Assembly: GCA_963924565.1 (NCBI GenBank)
Contig: OZ004607.1
Location: 28,582,001-28,646,000, forward strand
Direction of reading: 5' to 3'
DNA from: Ascidiella aspersa
Taxonomy: Eukaryota
Length of the DNA stretch: 64,000 nt
The notes under the pieces are model-generated. The model did no database searches, was not told the origin of the DNA, and saw nothing but the letters and a program-made list of their open reading frames with translations. The translations under genes were made by a program, and so were the position numbers. Below are positions 1 through 12,758 of this stretch, piece by piece (within the stretch, counting starts at the first letter, position 1; the number at the start of each line of letters is the position of its first letter).

Positions 1-2221
1 GATTTGTGTATGGCACTAGTTGTAGTTAAAACTAGCTCCCACACAGAAATAGTTGGTTTCAAATCAGTTTTTATTTTGTAACAAGTCACGTTCAAAATGG
101 GCTTGCAACCTCCTCATACTGAAACTCTGTTCGGTTTTGAAAAATGTGATTGCCAAGAAGGCAGCAGCTGTAAAGTGCAACATATTTTAAAAAGATGCCA
201 CATGCAGGTGTTTAACGGTATTTTACGAGAAGTTAAAGTTTGCTGTCGTTACGTCAGCAGGCCAAAATCGGCGACAACTCAGTTAACAACCACGCCCTCG
301 GCGAAAGTTCCGCTATACATAGTCCAGTGATGGCTGGCGCTTGTTTTCAGCCCAAAATGGGCGCACGAAACACATTGGAACGCGATCTAACTGCGTCACG
401 CGGTATTTGTGGAATGCGATTTTGCGAAACTCAACAAAGGACTTTTTTGTTGCTGTCCCAAGCATTAGCGACGCTCCCGAAACAAGGCAAGGGTCAGTTT
501 ACGTTAACGTGACAGCTTTGAAAAAGCCTCCTACTATTTTCCAGCCTCATATGTCAAAAAGATGCGACCGCTTTAAAATAGCTTCTACTCCCATTTTCAG
601 CCTCATATTTTGCAAGAAAGATTGGAAAACTGAAGCCGGACGCTTTATACTGGCCGTGTGCCCAAAAACGTTGCCAAAAAGCGATTTTAATCGATAAATA
701 GCTTTAAAATGTCGCTTTAAGTCTAACCTGCTGCGCCGATGCTTCACCAAAGTTTTGTTGGCGATTTTACGACCTCTGTCCCCTGTGGTCACCGACTGTC
801 ACAGGCCTTTGTTGCGCTATAATCGGATCTGACAAGCCATGTTTAAAGAGCCTAATGTCATAAGCGACCCGACCTGCTGGAGTTAAAAATAAGGTCGTTT
901 CTAGTAATCCGGCTCGGTAATTTTCGCTTCCCAGGCATATTTGTTTGAGATTGGCCTGTTGAATTGTTGCTTGCGAACGTTTTTTTCGTGTTTATGGCTA
1001 TTTAATTCATGTTGCCTTACTACACATTGGTAGGATCAGCGTTAAAATTTTTGTTATTGTGCTTGGTATCGCTGATTAGCTTAAAGAACTTTTGGAAAAG
1101 TTTTTAAATATCGCTTTGTCGTAAAGCCAATCTTCTTATGATAGCTCACATCCTGTTTCCCATATCTTGTAGTTCGCTTTCTGTTGTTCAAAGAGATTAC
1201 TGCAGCCCCGTGAATGGGTGGTATCCTTATTAGTTCTAATTCCAAGTGTGTGACTTTTGTGTTGTTTTGATTTCATTATAAAGCGATTAAATAGCTAGAC
1301 GTGAAGATATGATGATTCTTTAAAGGGCCAAGTGGTGCCAACCTTTTCTTACTGCAGTGGTATTTGTTTGCAATTTTCTCAACTATAATAATTTGTATCA
1401 TTTTGTTTGTATCTTACATATCTACAACGTTCGTTTGACCATTGCCCTTTGATATTATGGTCCAAAATGTGAATAAAAACACCGTTGTTGACAATCGTCT
1501 TATTATGAAAAAAGTCCATTTTACGACCAACGCTTAACGGAAAGTGAAATGACTGAGTATTTAATTACTGAGATAATTTATGATTTTGTTGCTAATCCTG
1601 CGTTGTGTTGGTAATGATATACGAGGTGATTGTTTGCATCATGAATGCGACCTTTTGTGTTCCAAGCATAGCTCGGGCAAGGTAGGCCCAAAACCCTTGT
1701 TCAAAACTCACTTGTCATGGTTCAGCGTTGATGGAACAAAATTTTGCCAAAACCCTGCCAAATTGCCTCGTAACTGGCACCGTAAATCACTCGGGGACGT
1801 TTAGAGCCTGTAATATCTAATCTAATTGAGCTGTCGATGTTTTTCGTGGACTTTTCATTAGTAATCGCCAAAATAGGCTACAAATAGCGGCCCGTTGTGT
1901 GTTGATGGTGCCCGGATTAAGCGATATCGTCTACTAACGTTCGAAGATGGTCTTTTAGAGTTAACTTGCCGCCAAAGGGCAGATGCGGCGCGATGGGCTG
2001 CAGTGTTTACGTCGTAATATATACCGCGTTGAGTCAGCCTTTACATGCGATGGAAAATTAATACCAGGACAACACATTTGACGAAAATTCCGTGTTTTGT
2101 ACCAAAAAACTGATATAGCGGTCAATATTTATAAATCTGATTGATTGCGTTAGTTTTGCCACCCAAGGCTGCGAAACATACTATAGCACAAAGATAAAAT
2201 CACCTGTGTATGTGTATTTCT

Positions 2222-2412
2222 GTGCGTGGGGTAAAGAGAAATAGCGTATAGCTAAGCTTCTTTGGGAGACAGTTTTCTTTTCTTTGGTTGTTGAACTGGC
2301 AAAGTTCATTTGTAAAACATTGATTTTAGGCCTAAATAAATGGTTCCTTGGAAGTTGTTTTTTGTGTGGTGGGTAAAGAGAAATAACGTAAAGCTAAGCT
2401 TTTCTGGAAAGC
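2222..2412. repeat. Diverged direct duplication, about 141-bp spacing
   Basis: GGGTAAAGAGAAATAGCGTATAGCTAAGCTT versus GGGTAAAGAGAAATAACGTAAAGCTAAGCTT. Confidence 0.7.
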
Positions 2413-5400
2413 ACTTATATTCTTTGTTTGATGAAATATTCATTACGTCTAAATAAGGGAGTCTAGGAAGTTTATTAATCGGTTTAATAGTGCCCAAGTA
2501 GCAAAAGATAGCTCCATGAAAAAGATACGTATTTTAAACAATAAAATAAGCGACAGTGCAAATTTGAAAATCAACGACAAAAAAACAACATTCAATGATA
2601 GGTCGCACGCCTCGGACAAACCAACCAATCACGATTCAAAATGGCCTTCGACACAAAATGAAGGCTAATTGGTAGTTTCAAGTCGGATTCTTCTTTAAAT
2701 GCGATCGCTTTCTCGCTCTTAACGTCACACAATCTAAATGGCAATATTAAGATGAAAAGCGACCGCGAAAGAGGCCGAGGCCATCGCCTAAGTTGCTCCC
2801 TGCGCCAGACACCTGGCCATTACCATTCCGAAGCAACGCTTGGGTTGAAACCTCTTCTATGCGGTCGCTTCGTCGTTTTGGGCATTTTCGCCAGTCGGCG
2901 TTTTAATCTCGGAACGCGGTCGCCGTCATTACGTGTCTTCGACTGTTGGGCAGCGATCGCAGAAAGCTAGCGATATCGAACGCGAAGCTAGTAGACTGGG
3001 AAATAAAGTTAGTAAGTCGAAGAATCCAGTGTCAAAGTGTATAGCTTCGGAAATAGTAGAGCATGTTAGTGTTGTTTAAGTGACAGGTTAAATCGGTGAT
3101 TAAAATACGGGCTAAATGAATGGCAAACTGGCTATATGGATAGAGAAACAAAATCAGTGTGTTGCTTTGCTCGCATATTTTTCTGCATAATTAAGCGTTA
3201 ATCGCTATTTGTGGTAAGTTACAATTTTCAACAAGTTTGCTGCCGATTTTAGGCTAAACTTTTCTCTTTTAGAGTAAGCGCTATCCCTGAAAACGACAGT
3301 TTGCAAATTTAAAGGTCAAGATAAGAAGGAGTTCGTTAGAAGATATATACCAACTGAGAACTATGTACACCAATGAACTGCAAAAGCAGTAGAAAATTAC
3401 TTGAAACCTAGTCGATAACACGGTGGCCAGTTTTCCGAAGTTGGTAGCTGTTTATGATTTATCTGTTGAGCCAGTTAAAACAGCCTTGTATAAGTTCGTT
3501 GTGAATTGGTAGCACAGGTGCAAGGCCTTTGTATGCACATAGCTTATCACACTATGGTGTTACTTTCCTGCCCTCAAAAGCGCTGTTTCGAAGTTGAACC
3601 ATTGTAGCAGCACGCCGCAGAATACGTGTCTCAAACGGAAACACCTTCGCCTCTGCTTGATTTATGGAGTCGCAGTTTCCGCACAAACGTCCGTATTCTG
3701 TCCGATCCGTCATCGAGCAATTCCGTTTTCGCGTCACGTGACCCGATCCGCTTCACACCTAGGTCGATTAGCGACGTATTTGTGTTTGACTTGCGCCGCT
3801 CGTCGCTCACCGTAAAACGCCGTCAGCCGCCTACTGCCATATAATTACGCTCGCTCACAGTTTGTGTGCATTATTCTAACATCAACTTCGCGATTAGTAG
3901 GCCTTATTTCTACCCAGAGTGGGAAGGTACAAACCCAATCATGTTATTGGAGAGGGATCAGTAACCGAAGAAGCAGTTCCAGATTTGAAATGCAGTCGTT
4001 TTAAACCTTTATCAGTACACGTTTTTTCCTGTAAATACACCAAGTAATTATTTAAGCGTTATTTAGTGTTTTTACAGCAAGGCATAAGAGACTTAAGCTA
4101 CGCAAGGTGAGGAATATCGATATCCCACGAATTACTGCATATTAGTCAGTCGCCCGAAAATAGTTCAAAATACTGTGCAATGATTAAGATGTATCATGTT
4201 TGCAATCTATAAATTCAAGTTGAAAGACGCTCAAACCTCTTATACTTATATTCGTAAAGCATGTGCGACGCATAACCTCGAAGGGTGACAATTTTTCCGG
4301 GCCCCGCCCTGCAGAAAAATCCTGGGCATTTTTGGAATCCCGCAAGCCTCTGGCGTTCGAGTTCAGCATTTCGTACAGTAAAAGCCGCATTTTGCCGGTT
4401 TCGATGCTTATCTTTACTGTGCGACGATTATAGGCGCGTATAGGTGAACGCTCGTGACCCCAAGGCGCGAAAAGTCGATGACCGTCTTTGTCGTTCTCGT
4501 CTTGTTGCCATGCGACGTCGCGCGCGCCGCAATAAGCCGAAGGTGCTTGTTAACCGGGGGTCGATACGATCGCGTGCCGACGCTTATATCTGACCTGATT
4601 TGCCCTGTTATTTGAATAGCTGCCACGTTGTAGGATTAAATGCATCATGCTTTAGTGTCGAACGTGAGGTTTTAGGTAAAGACTGACTAGATTTACATGC
4701 CTGCTTGTTTTGGTTCCATTTTAACGCGAGTGGAAACATCGGGTTCCGTTTTTATAGCTCTCAAGAGCTGGCCCAACTGTACTGTTGCTCGCCATTCGTA
4801 TTGCTAATGGAATACAGTGTTTTGCGTGTAAATATGCCAAACTTGGTGCTCTTCATCAACTCGACTAGCGCAGGCAGTTGCCCGCAAAGTATTTACCAAA
4901 GGTCGTAACTTAGCCAGCCGCCGGTGTGCGGGTTTGCAAGATCTAGCTTAATGACCAGTGGTATAGAAGTTAATTTTTTGTAATAGCTTTCTCATCCAGT
5001 TGAGTCCATTTTTTCGTGGAATTCAATTTGTTTTGTTTAACTTGCCCTCAGGTTATTTGTTAAACCCTCGTATGACTTTAGTTTACTGTGTATTGCACTG
5101 GATTGGCAAATTCCCTGCAAGAGAAGATTCGGAATCTCTTTTGGAAAAAAGGTAAGTCCCGTTTACCTCAATGTGGCTTCACACATTATTTATTATTTGT
5201 GTGTACTAATATTTTAGTGTTAAATGAGTAAAGCATATAATCAATGCAGGATTCCTAAACGTGCGACAGATACACATTTTTGTAATATGCCAAATCACTT
5301 CTCGCATAATTCATACGAGGGTAACGGCTTGTAACATATACTAGTCATACTGGCTAAACTGGTTTGCGTGTGGACAGCAAGCAGAAGCTACAAGACAAGC

Positions 5401-6293
5401 GGCGCCTCGCGACAAAGAGCCGGGCGTTAAAGGACTCCAAGTGTCCACTCGACGCCAAGCCGCGAAAATACAAATAGCCAGTCACGTCATCTAATACTTA
5501 TCGCCTCCTTTCTCCCGCGTGTCCTCGTCCAGAACAGAGAGGCCACCACTACAGCTGGTTACTCAGGGTCCCACTTAGCAGTTCCAGGATAGGCACTCGT
5601 GGCGCTCTGTCCCTATCGCATGTTGCCGATGCCGCAACTTGCCTACTATCGTCAAGAGTGTGTGTGGCTTGTAGTGCTCTTGGGCTTGCTTAGATGTTCG
5701 CTCAAGAACGGAGTGCGGTCATCATTTATTCCCCCCGTTTTTTTCAGTTATAACCCCCTGGATGGTTTTACAGGGCTTGTTTCAATTAGGACTGTGGCTT
5801 TTTGACATAACACTTAAAAACAGCTATTGGCAATAAAAGAAAGCCACTGGAATCGTCCACTTGTATGCAGTACTGTATAATAAAGCGAATGCCCGAATCT
5901 CATCACGTCGGCCTCTTATCTGGTCGCCTCTAGTGGCCACTTGCTGTTCAGCACCGCACGACCCAGGCTGGCGATAATTTCGGACGCTTGGCTCTCGGCA
6001 GAACTCTCGAGTGCCCCTGCTTGTGTGCATTTACAACACGACGCAAAGTCCCCGGCTGTTGTTGCCTTTGTCCCCGACCCTTCATTTCGCGCGCTTCGTC
6101 CGCTCTCAATCTGCAGGGCAATGGAAATTTGACCTGGCTGTGATGCTGTTTTCGACTAACTTTGTTTTTATGCAACCTCGGCAATTTTTCGCTTGGCGGT
6201 CACGTGATCAGCTGACGTGACTGTTCGTTAGGCTAAAGGTTGATATTTTAACAAGATCGAAAACAGTGAAATTCATATCTTCTAAGTCTAAGT

Positions 6294-6562
6294 CAGTGGT
6301 TCTCTAACGTTTACACCTGGCGGCCCCTTTTTGTTTCCTTGGAATGTATAGCACTCCAATAATTTTCAAAACAAAAAACATTTAAGGTACTATGAATCTT
6401 TAAACAATTATATTAGAGTATTCGTAAAAACTATACGTTATCAAATGTCTATTTATGGTTAAAACTCATTTCGAAGCAAATATAATTTTTGCTGTCAACG
6501 AAGTTAACAGATGTTACATGGATCTCAAAGGTCCGAAAACCCTATACTTTAAAAACCTACTG
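6294..6562. mobile_element. Degenerate hAT-type MITE
   Basis: CAGTGGTTCTCTAAC ... AAAAACCTACTG; imperfect 8-bp TSD GTCTAAGT / GCCTAAGC; AT-rich interior. Confidence 0.6.
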
Positions 6563-7249
6563 GCCTAAGCTGTTTTTCTCAGTAAATTAAAGCAAATATT
6601 GTGCACTTCGTGTGTGACAGCCAACCACGCTTCAAAAACACAGACATTTTTTCACTTTAAGCTCATCAGTGGATTTCACCATAAGAATAAAACGTATTGC
6701 TGTGTATGGCGAAATGTCAGGACAAACCGCGGTCCGAATACATATATTGGGGGATGACTACTTGTGTGATCCCCGCAGCAGACGCACAACTGAAGCCCGA
6801 CGAGGCGTGAATCGCCTTCCGTGCTCCCAACTGTTGATTCCTGGTTCTGAAGCTCGCGACCTCACGCACGCAGCCATTACCGCCGCCGCAGAAATTCGCC
6901 CGAACATCGACCAACGAGAGGAGCTCATTAATTTAGCCGATCGGCAATAAAATGGATGTCCCCCGGTGGTGATATTAAACTGGCGCGTGATTGGCGTCTC
7001 ATTTCGGCCGCTTCAAATGCATTTTTTGTGCTGGGCGTGTGCAAAGTGCCAGTTTAGCTTGCCCTTTTTATAAAAGCATATAATCATATTACCGCAAAAC
7101 GGCGCAAACACGGGTTAAAAATAGCCTGCTGTCTTTGAAATACAGTGCGGATTCGCCGTGATAGGCAGACAGCCTTAATAAAAGTGAAGGTTGTCGTTTA
7201 TCGAATCGGTTTGGCTAGGTTTTATTAAGTTTGAACTGTTGGGGGAAAA

Positions 7250-7380
7250 GGTTTAGCCGTTAGCGGAAGAATCCAATTCGCTGAATCCAACAATGAACGT
7301 GCGGTCGCTGGTTCGATCCCCGTAGCGGCACGGAGACTTTCGGTCGCTCTTATTGGGCGAGGCGAACCTTTCACAATGCG
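7250..7380 (+). mobile_element. Possible degenerate tRNA-derived SINE
   Basis: Pol III B-box GGTTCGATCC at 7310-7319, weak A-box-like TAGCCGTTAGCGG upstream; no cloverleaf. Confidence 0.35.
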
Positions 7381-10300
7381 CCAGGGCAATTGTCGACTTT
7401 TGTTTCATTAAAACCTAGAATGTCGCTTTTTTATAGGATACGGCAATAGCTATAGCGCTCGAGTCATTCGACGAAAAAAAGCGGTCCGCAGACTGAAAGG
7501 ATTGGACGCTGCAGCCAGGCCCATTGAGCGTCGTCCCGCGTTCGCATACCGCGCCATTGTGCGATGATGGGCGGTTGTTTTCGAAGTGCGATTACGACTC
7601 AATTCACGCGACTTCATTTGGCGTCGTCAATGGTGTTCTTGCGTTTTTTTGTTCTTGCTTGGACCGTATTAGCCAGACCAACTGTCTGCTGGGTGCGGAC
7701 TGTTCTTTGGCATAGAATAGCGTTCGCGTTACAGATTTCGTGCTGCCCTTATACACAAGAAGGCCTTTGGATGCTAGTTATTTTTGCAATATACTTGCCG
7801 TGACCGTTAAAGTTTATTGAATTAACTATTGACTAAAATATAGATCACCTTTACCATTGTTTTAGCAGTTTAGATTGGTGAGATACTTCCGGTGAGTTAA
7901 GTTTTTACCAGTTTAGTTTGGATCACTTTACCTACAGTTGTTCAATATGCTTGATTATACAACTTTTTAGGGCTACAATAAATCCTAAGACGTTTGAGGA
8001 CGAAAATAGCATAACGTCGAAGGGGAGAAAAGCCGAAAAACACTCTTTCGTTGTGTTTACTACAGCCGTGAGGCCAAGCAGTCAATATGTCGCCGTAGAA
8101 AATAGCCGACCCGGGCTCGGACAGGCTTAACACCGACGTTTCCGTGTTTAAGCGATAGGTGGACACGAGTCGAACCGCTGTAAGACACCGACATGACTTG
8201 TTTGTTCCTCCGCGGATTACAAGCGAGCGTTTGGTCGTCTGCGATTTCTGGGAACTGCGGATCCTGGCAAATGTCGACTGCGTGTTTTTTTTCGCATTAG
8301 GCCAAAACACGTCGCGCTGCTTATGTAGTTGAAAAATAGGTTTTACATTCGCAAAAAAAACAAAACGAATTTGTTGTTTTTATGCAATATGTAAATTGGC
8401 ACCTTTTAATTTCCTTCTGCTTTGTAAACCACTTCCATATACATGTAAGTTTTTAGATTTTCAACTACTAGTTTTCGATTTAACTTTTTAGGTTTCTGTG
8501 TATAAAGGTAACTGACGTGTCAAAATACGTCAATTATTTCACATTAAGGTAGAGGCAAAGCAGAATTGCGAATGTGTGAGAATATTTTGTGTGATGAGCC
8601 AGCCCATTTAGTCAAATCGAAGAGTGCAGATTTTTAAGGACAGTTTTTATTGTCAGTTAAGGAGCGAAAAGGGATCATGGCTTTTGAAGTGGACAAGTGG
8701 TGGATAAAACGCAAGACCATGCTTGGAAAAGGCGCAGTTGCGCATTTCGAAGTGGCCAATTTGTCTGTTTTGACAAAACGCAGTCCGCCGTGTGTCTTTG
8801 TAGCGCGTTCGCGTTTGTTGCCATAAGACGTCCACTTGTCGGTGTCAAGTGTGACGGTGGTCGGTGTGTCAAAGTGGCACCGGCCAGTGTGAACCTACGT
8901 CATCTAAGCCGAGCCCCTTTGACCTGTTCAAACTCCGACCAGCGACTGTATCAACAGTACACACGCACACGCCCTCTGTGAAGCTTACTCATACTGTAAG
9001 TCCGGAACCCTTCAGTGGTCTTCATGGCGAACCTATATGTGTCATCGAATACGCCCATTTAAATCGTACACAAGACTAAACACTAAGTATTTAACACTGT
9101 AACAACTCGATAACAAATACCTTATAGGTCGTTTCTAAGTATGTTGTTTGCTTCTGGGCATGGTTAAAATGGCGTTATACTGGGCTGGGAGACCAAGACC
9201 CTGGTAGAGAAACAGTGCAAATTATATATAGACCGCGCAATTTTCTCTAGTGTAGCAAGGTGTCACAGAAGGTGTTATGCACGTTCAGTAGTTCATCCCA
9301 CCTAATTTGACATTACCAAGTGAAAGACTGACAGCTTCCGGTTCGCAGGCTGTACGCTACTGAGGTTTCAGCAAACCAAGCGATTGAGGTGGCATCAAAG
9401 GACCGCCTACGGAAAAGGTGCCCGACTTAAACAAACGCAACCCGAGACGGCTTTCGACTGTATACAGTATCGAATGGTGGCGTGTGTCAGACGGGCCCTC
9501 GCTTTGTTCTTCGAAGCTTGGCCAACCCAAGACCCAACACAATCCCAAAACCGACGCTGTATTAGCACTCACTACTCGTATACGTTGCTTCAAGTCGATC
9601 CGTGATCGTAAAAAGGCCGACTGCCGTTCCCACGCCGATCTGGACTCTTGAATCCGTCTTCCCATAGCACTCAGCGCCGCCCCTGCTGCTATTTGTATTT
9701 GTTGACCCGATCAAGGTGCGCTGACGCGGGCTCGATTAATATTTGCCTTGCCCCCGAAGGCGAAAGTCCTATGTGCTGCCATTGGTTTGCGCAATCGATC
9801 CTGTCATGTTCTCGCGCGGTCTGCTGCTCGTTCTCGTCGGGAGAACGGACTCGGGATTTGTGCGCGATGATGGTTGTAGGCCTTGTATACAATGTAAACA
9901 CGTGCCGCTTTTTGGTAGAATCATCGCCATTTGCCTCTGCTGTATGTTGTTTCTAAGTTTGGAGCTGTTGCCAAAGATCGCTGATTTGTTGGCTTAATTG
10001 TTAGTGGAGAAAAGTAGAGGTGCAGGTTCATGTTGTGCCAACACCACAGTGCTCAGCATTAGATTAGAATGCTATATAGTAAGAGGCTGATGTAAGTCAT
10101 AGGAGAAATATCAAAGCCCATAGGCAAAATAGTCCAATCGTTTTGAACACACTTTTATTTATTTTGAAATGCGAACAGTCAAGCTCAGTTATAAACTTAG
10201 GATTGTTAAATGACTCGGTACGTTAAATACGTGTTCCTATTTTTATTGCAAAGAACGTGTTGCTAAAGTGGAAGGGTGTTGTCGTAAGGTCATTTCAGCT

Positions 10301-12502
10301 AACCTGTTTATGCTACTCAACGCTTTATTTTTACCTTTTGTCCGTTGACGTCTATTGATTTATTGATTTTGTTTGTAAAGTGCACATTTCCTGTTTATTG
10401 TTATTTCAAGAAAAGTTAGATCAAGGGCTACATTTCGAGTAACGGCTTAGTAAAGCAGACATGTAAAAGCCATTTAGGTTGTGTTCAACGCAGATAGACT
10501 AACTTCCAAGGCAACTTGAATATTCACCGGGGACCCTTTTCCCTGCCGTTTGGATAGGCAGTTTGTTTAGTGCCTTTTAGATTGGCAGTTTGTTTAGTTT
10601 ATGCACGCTTTTGCTTTTTTTAAAGTTACATGCCCGATTGAAAACAGACGACCAACACCTTCCTTCAAAGGAAAACAAATTGGTAGTCGACTGCTTTTTA
10701 GGTGGCAATATAAACAGGACTATCTAATGATCAGTCTAGGTCCTAGTATTTGATCATGCTCATTGCCGCCTGTCGCAATATGTGACGTGCACGCTCCAAT
10801 GCGCATGAACGAAGCCGTCGGCCAATTTGTCGTCGGTTCGCACCCTACCCTGGATAAATTGGCTCAGTCCAAAGGGCGCCCGCTATAGTTAGGAGGTTGT
10901 GGTTACATAACAATTTTTTATCAGTTAAGGACAACGGCTTTGTCTTCAGATCCGCATTAAGTTTACGATGTTACATAATGAAACTGGAATACTGGGATTA
11001 CTGGTATACAGAGCTGCTAACAGGCAATTTTATCCTATTACATTTTGTATGTACTTTTAGCTGTTATCGCAAACACCACTGTCCACTGTCGATAAATGGC
11101 TAGTTCATTTCGAGTAAAATGTTTAGTTGCGTTCGATATACACAATAAAGGATTTGGTTTGCTTGTGACTGTAAATAGATGCGCGACCAGAATCCTATTG
11201 CGGTTTCTAAATTTCCCTAATCGATTGGCCTCGTATAGCTGATAGCTGCGACATTATTTTAGGTAAAGGTGAGCTTGTGTTACCCCAATTTACCCCGCGA
11301 CGCTTTCTCATCCGTAAAAGGCGCCTTGGCTCTAGTTTTGGGGTTAGCGACCTGCCGCTCAGAAAGTCGACACCGCAATTACGCCGCTGACTGACAGGCG
11401 AAGATTGGATTTTATCGCCCGGACAAAGGTAATCCAAAACCCCATTTGGCCGGCACGACCTTCGTCTAGTTCGCAGCACCTGACGAATATTGCGCGCATT
11501 CGAAAGAGACGTGTCGGTCACCGTTGGCAGCCAGCGAATGGCTTCGTCCCAATACAGCATAAAATCTAATTTCGTCACGTTTTGAAATGATCCGCCGACG
11601 TCGTTCGCTGCTCTTCAATGCGGCGACGAATCGAGAGAACAGAACACTTTTGGGGGGGTTGTGTATAGGTGGGTGTAGCGGTAGGCGAGGTAATTCGCCG
11701 TGCTTCTTTTTTTAGAAAATCCTATTGCTGCCGAATGTGCAAATTGCCTTTGGATTCAGTGTGTTCAGCGTCAAATAATTTGTTCAGGTTTGCTTGCACC
11801 AGAAAGTGCCTTCTCACCCTTTTCCCAACATGGGACGCGGCACACGGGACTGCTTCCCTGCCCCGCCCAGTTTACGCCCCCTGTCTGAAAGACGCCGCTT
11901 TGGCTTATTTCGTGCGCTTCGAGCTTCGGCAAAACGGGAGCTTTGTGGCCTCTGTTAATATCCGTCGTCGTAAAACACGCCCGTGGCACCGAACACCGAA
12001 TTGCCTTTGAACGCGATACGCCGAACGGTTTCGACACCAAATCGTTCTCTTTATAAAGGCGCGACATTGAAGAACATCGTTATAATGGGCCGAAATCTCT
12101 CTTGCAGAAAGATCTAGGCGCTGAGTCATCGTTTTCGCGACGTTATTACGCCGATATGCGGCTTTAAGCGACGTCTATATGTAATGTGTATCGCGCCACG
12201 ATTACAGGTTGTCACGCCAACCGTTTCGACATTGGCTTTTTGCTCGTCCGGGGTCTTAGAGGCCGTTGAACCCTCCCTCGCCCGGTCATCAGTCGGGTTA
12301 AGTGCCGTGTATAAAACGTAACAAGCCGATCGTCGCTGTTTAACTGCGCTGTTTTAGGGTAGTTGAACTGATGGATTACACGCCTAACAAGGGCTGTATT
12401 AAGTTAACTATGGATTTTCCCAGTGAGATATAAAGCTTGTGTTTGCAGTTTACGCGAATTCTTTTTTTAAAACGTGATGTCTGAAATTTAGTTCCTGTAA
12501 CA

Positions 12503-12758
12503 CAGTACTTCTGGGTCGCCAAGCATTTCTAAATGTTACAGTTTTCAATAGATGGGAAATTATTTCATTACCATTACGTAACATTTATGCATCAATATCA
12601 CAAATACGTAATAATTAGATGTGTTGTGAGTATGTACGCCAGTAGTAAAGATGTAGGTTTTAGTTAACTTTATTCGTTTGGTCATAACTCATTGTGGGTC
12701 GTACAATAAAACTTGGATTAAAAGTGGGTCGCGAACTGAAAAATGTTGGGAAGCACTG
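12503..12758 (+). mobile_element. Right portion of a hAT-type MITE
   Basis: Ends GTGGGTCGCGAACTGAAAAATGTTGGGAAGCACTG, with repeated GGGTCG subterminal motifs; left boundary approximate. Confidence 0.5.

Noticed and set aside
5947-5965. TTCAGCACC, REST/RE1-like
   Set aside because: Left half-site only; the GGACAG half is missing.
6641-6672. Minus-strand CUGAUGA-GCUUAAAGU-GAAA...GUC hammerhead-like string
   Set aside because: Stem II is only 3 weak pairs, with no stem III and a 2-bp stem I; probably chance.
11476-11515. CUGACGA...CGAAA string
   Set aside because: No proper stem II closure and no NUH cleavage triplet.
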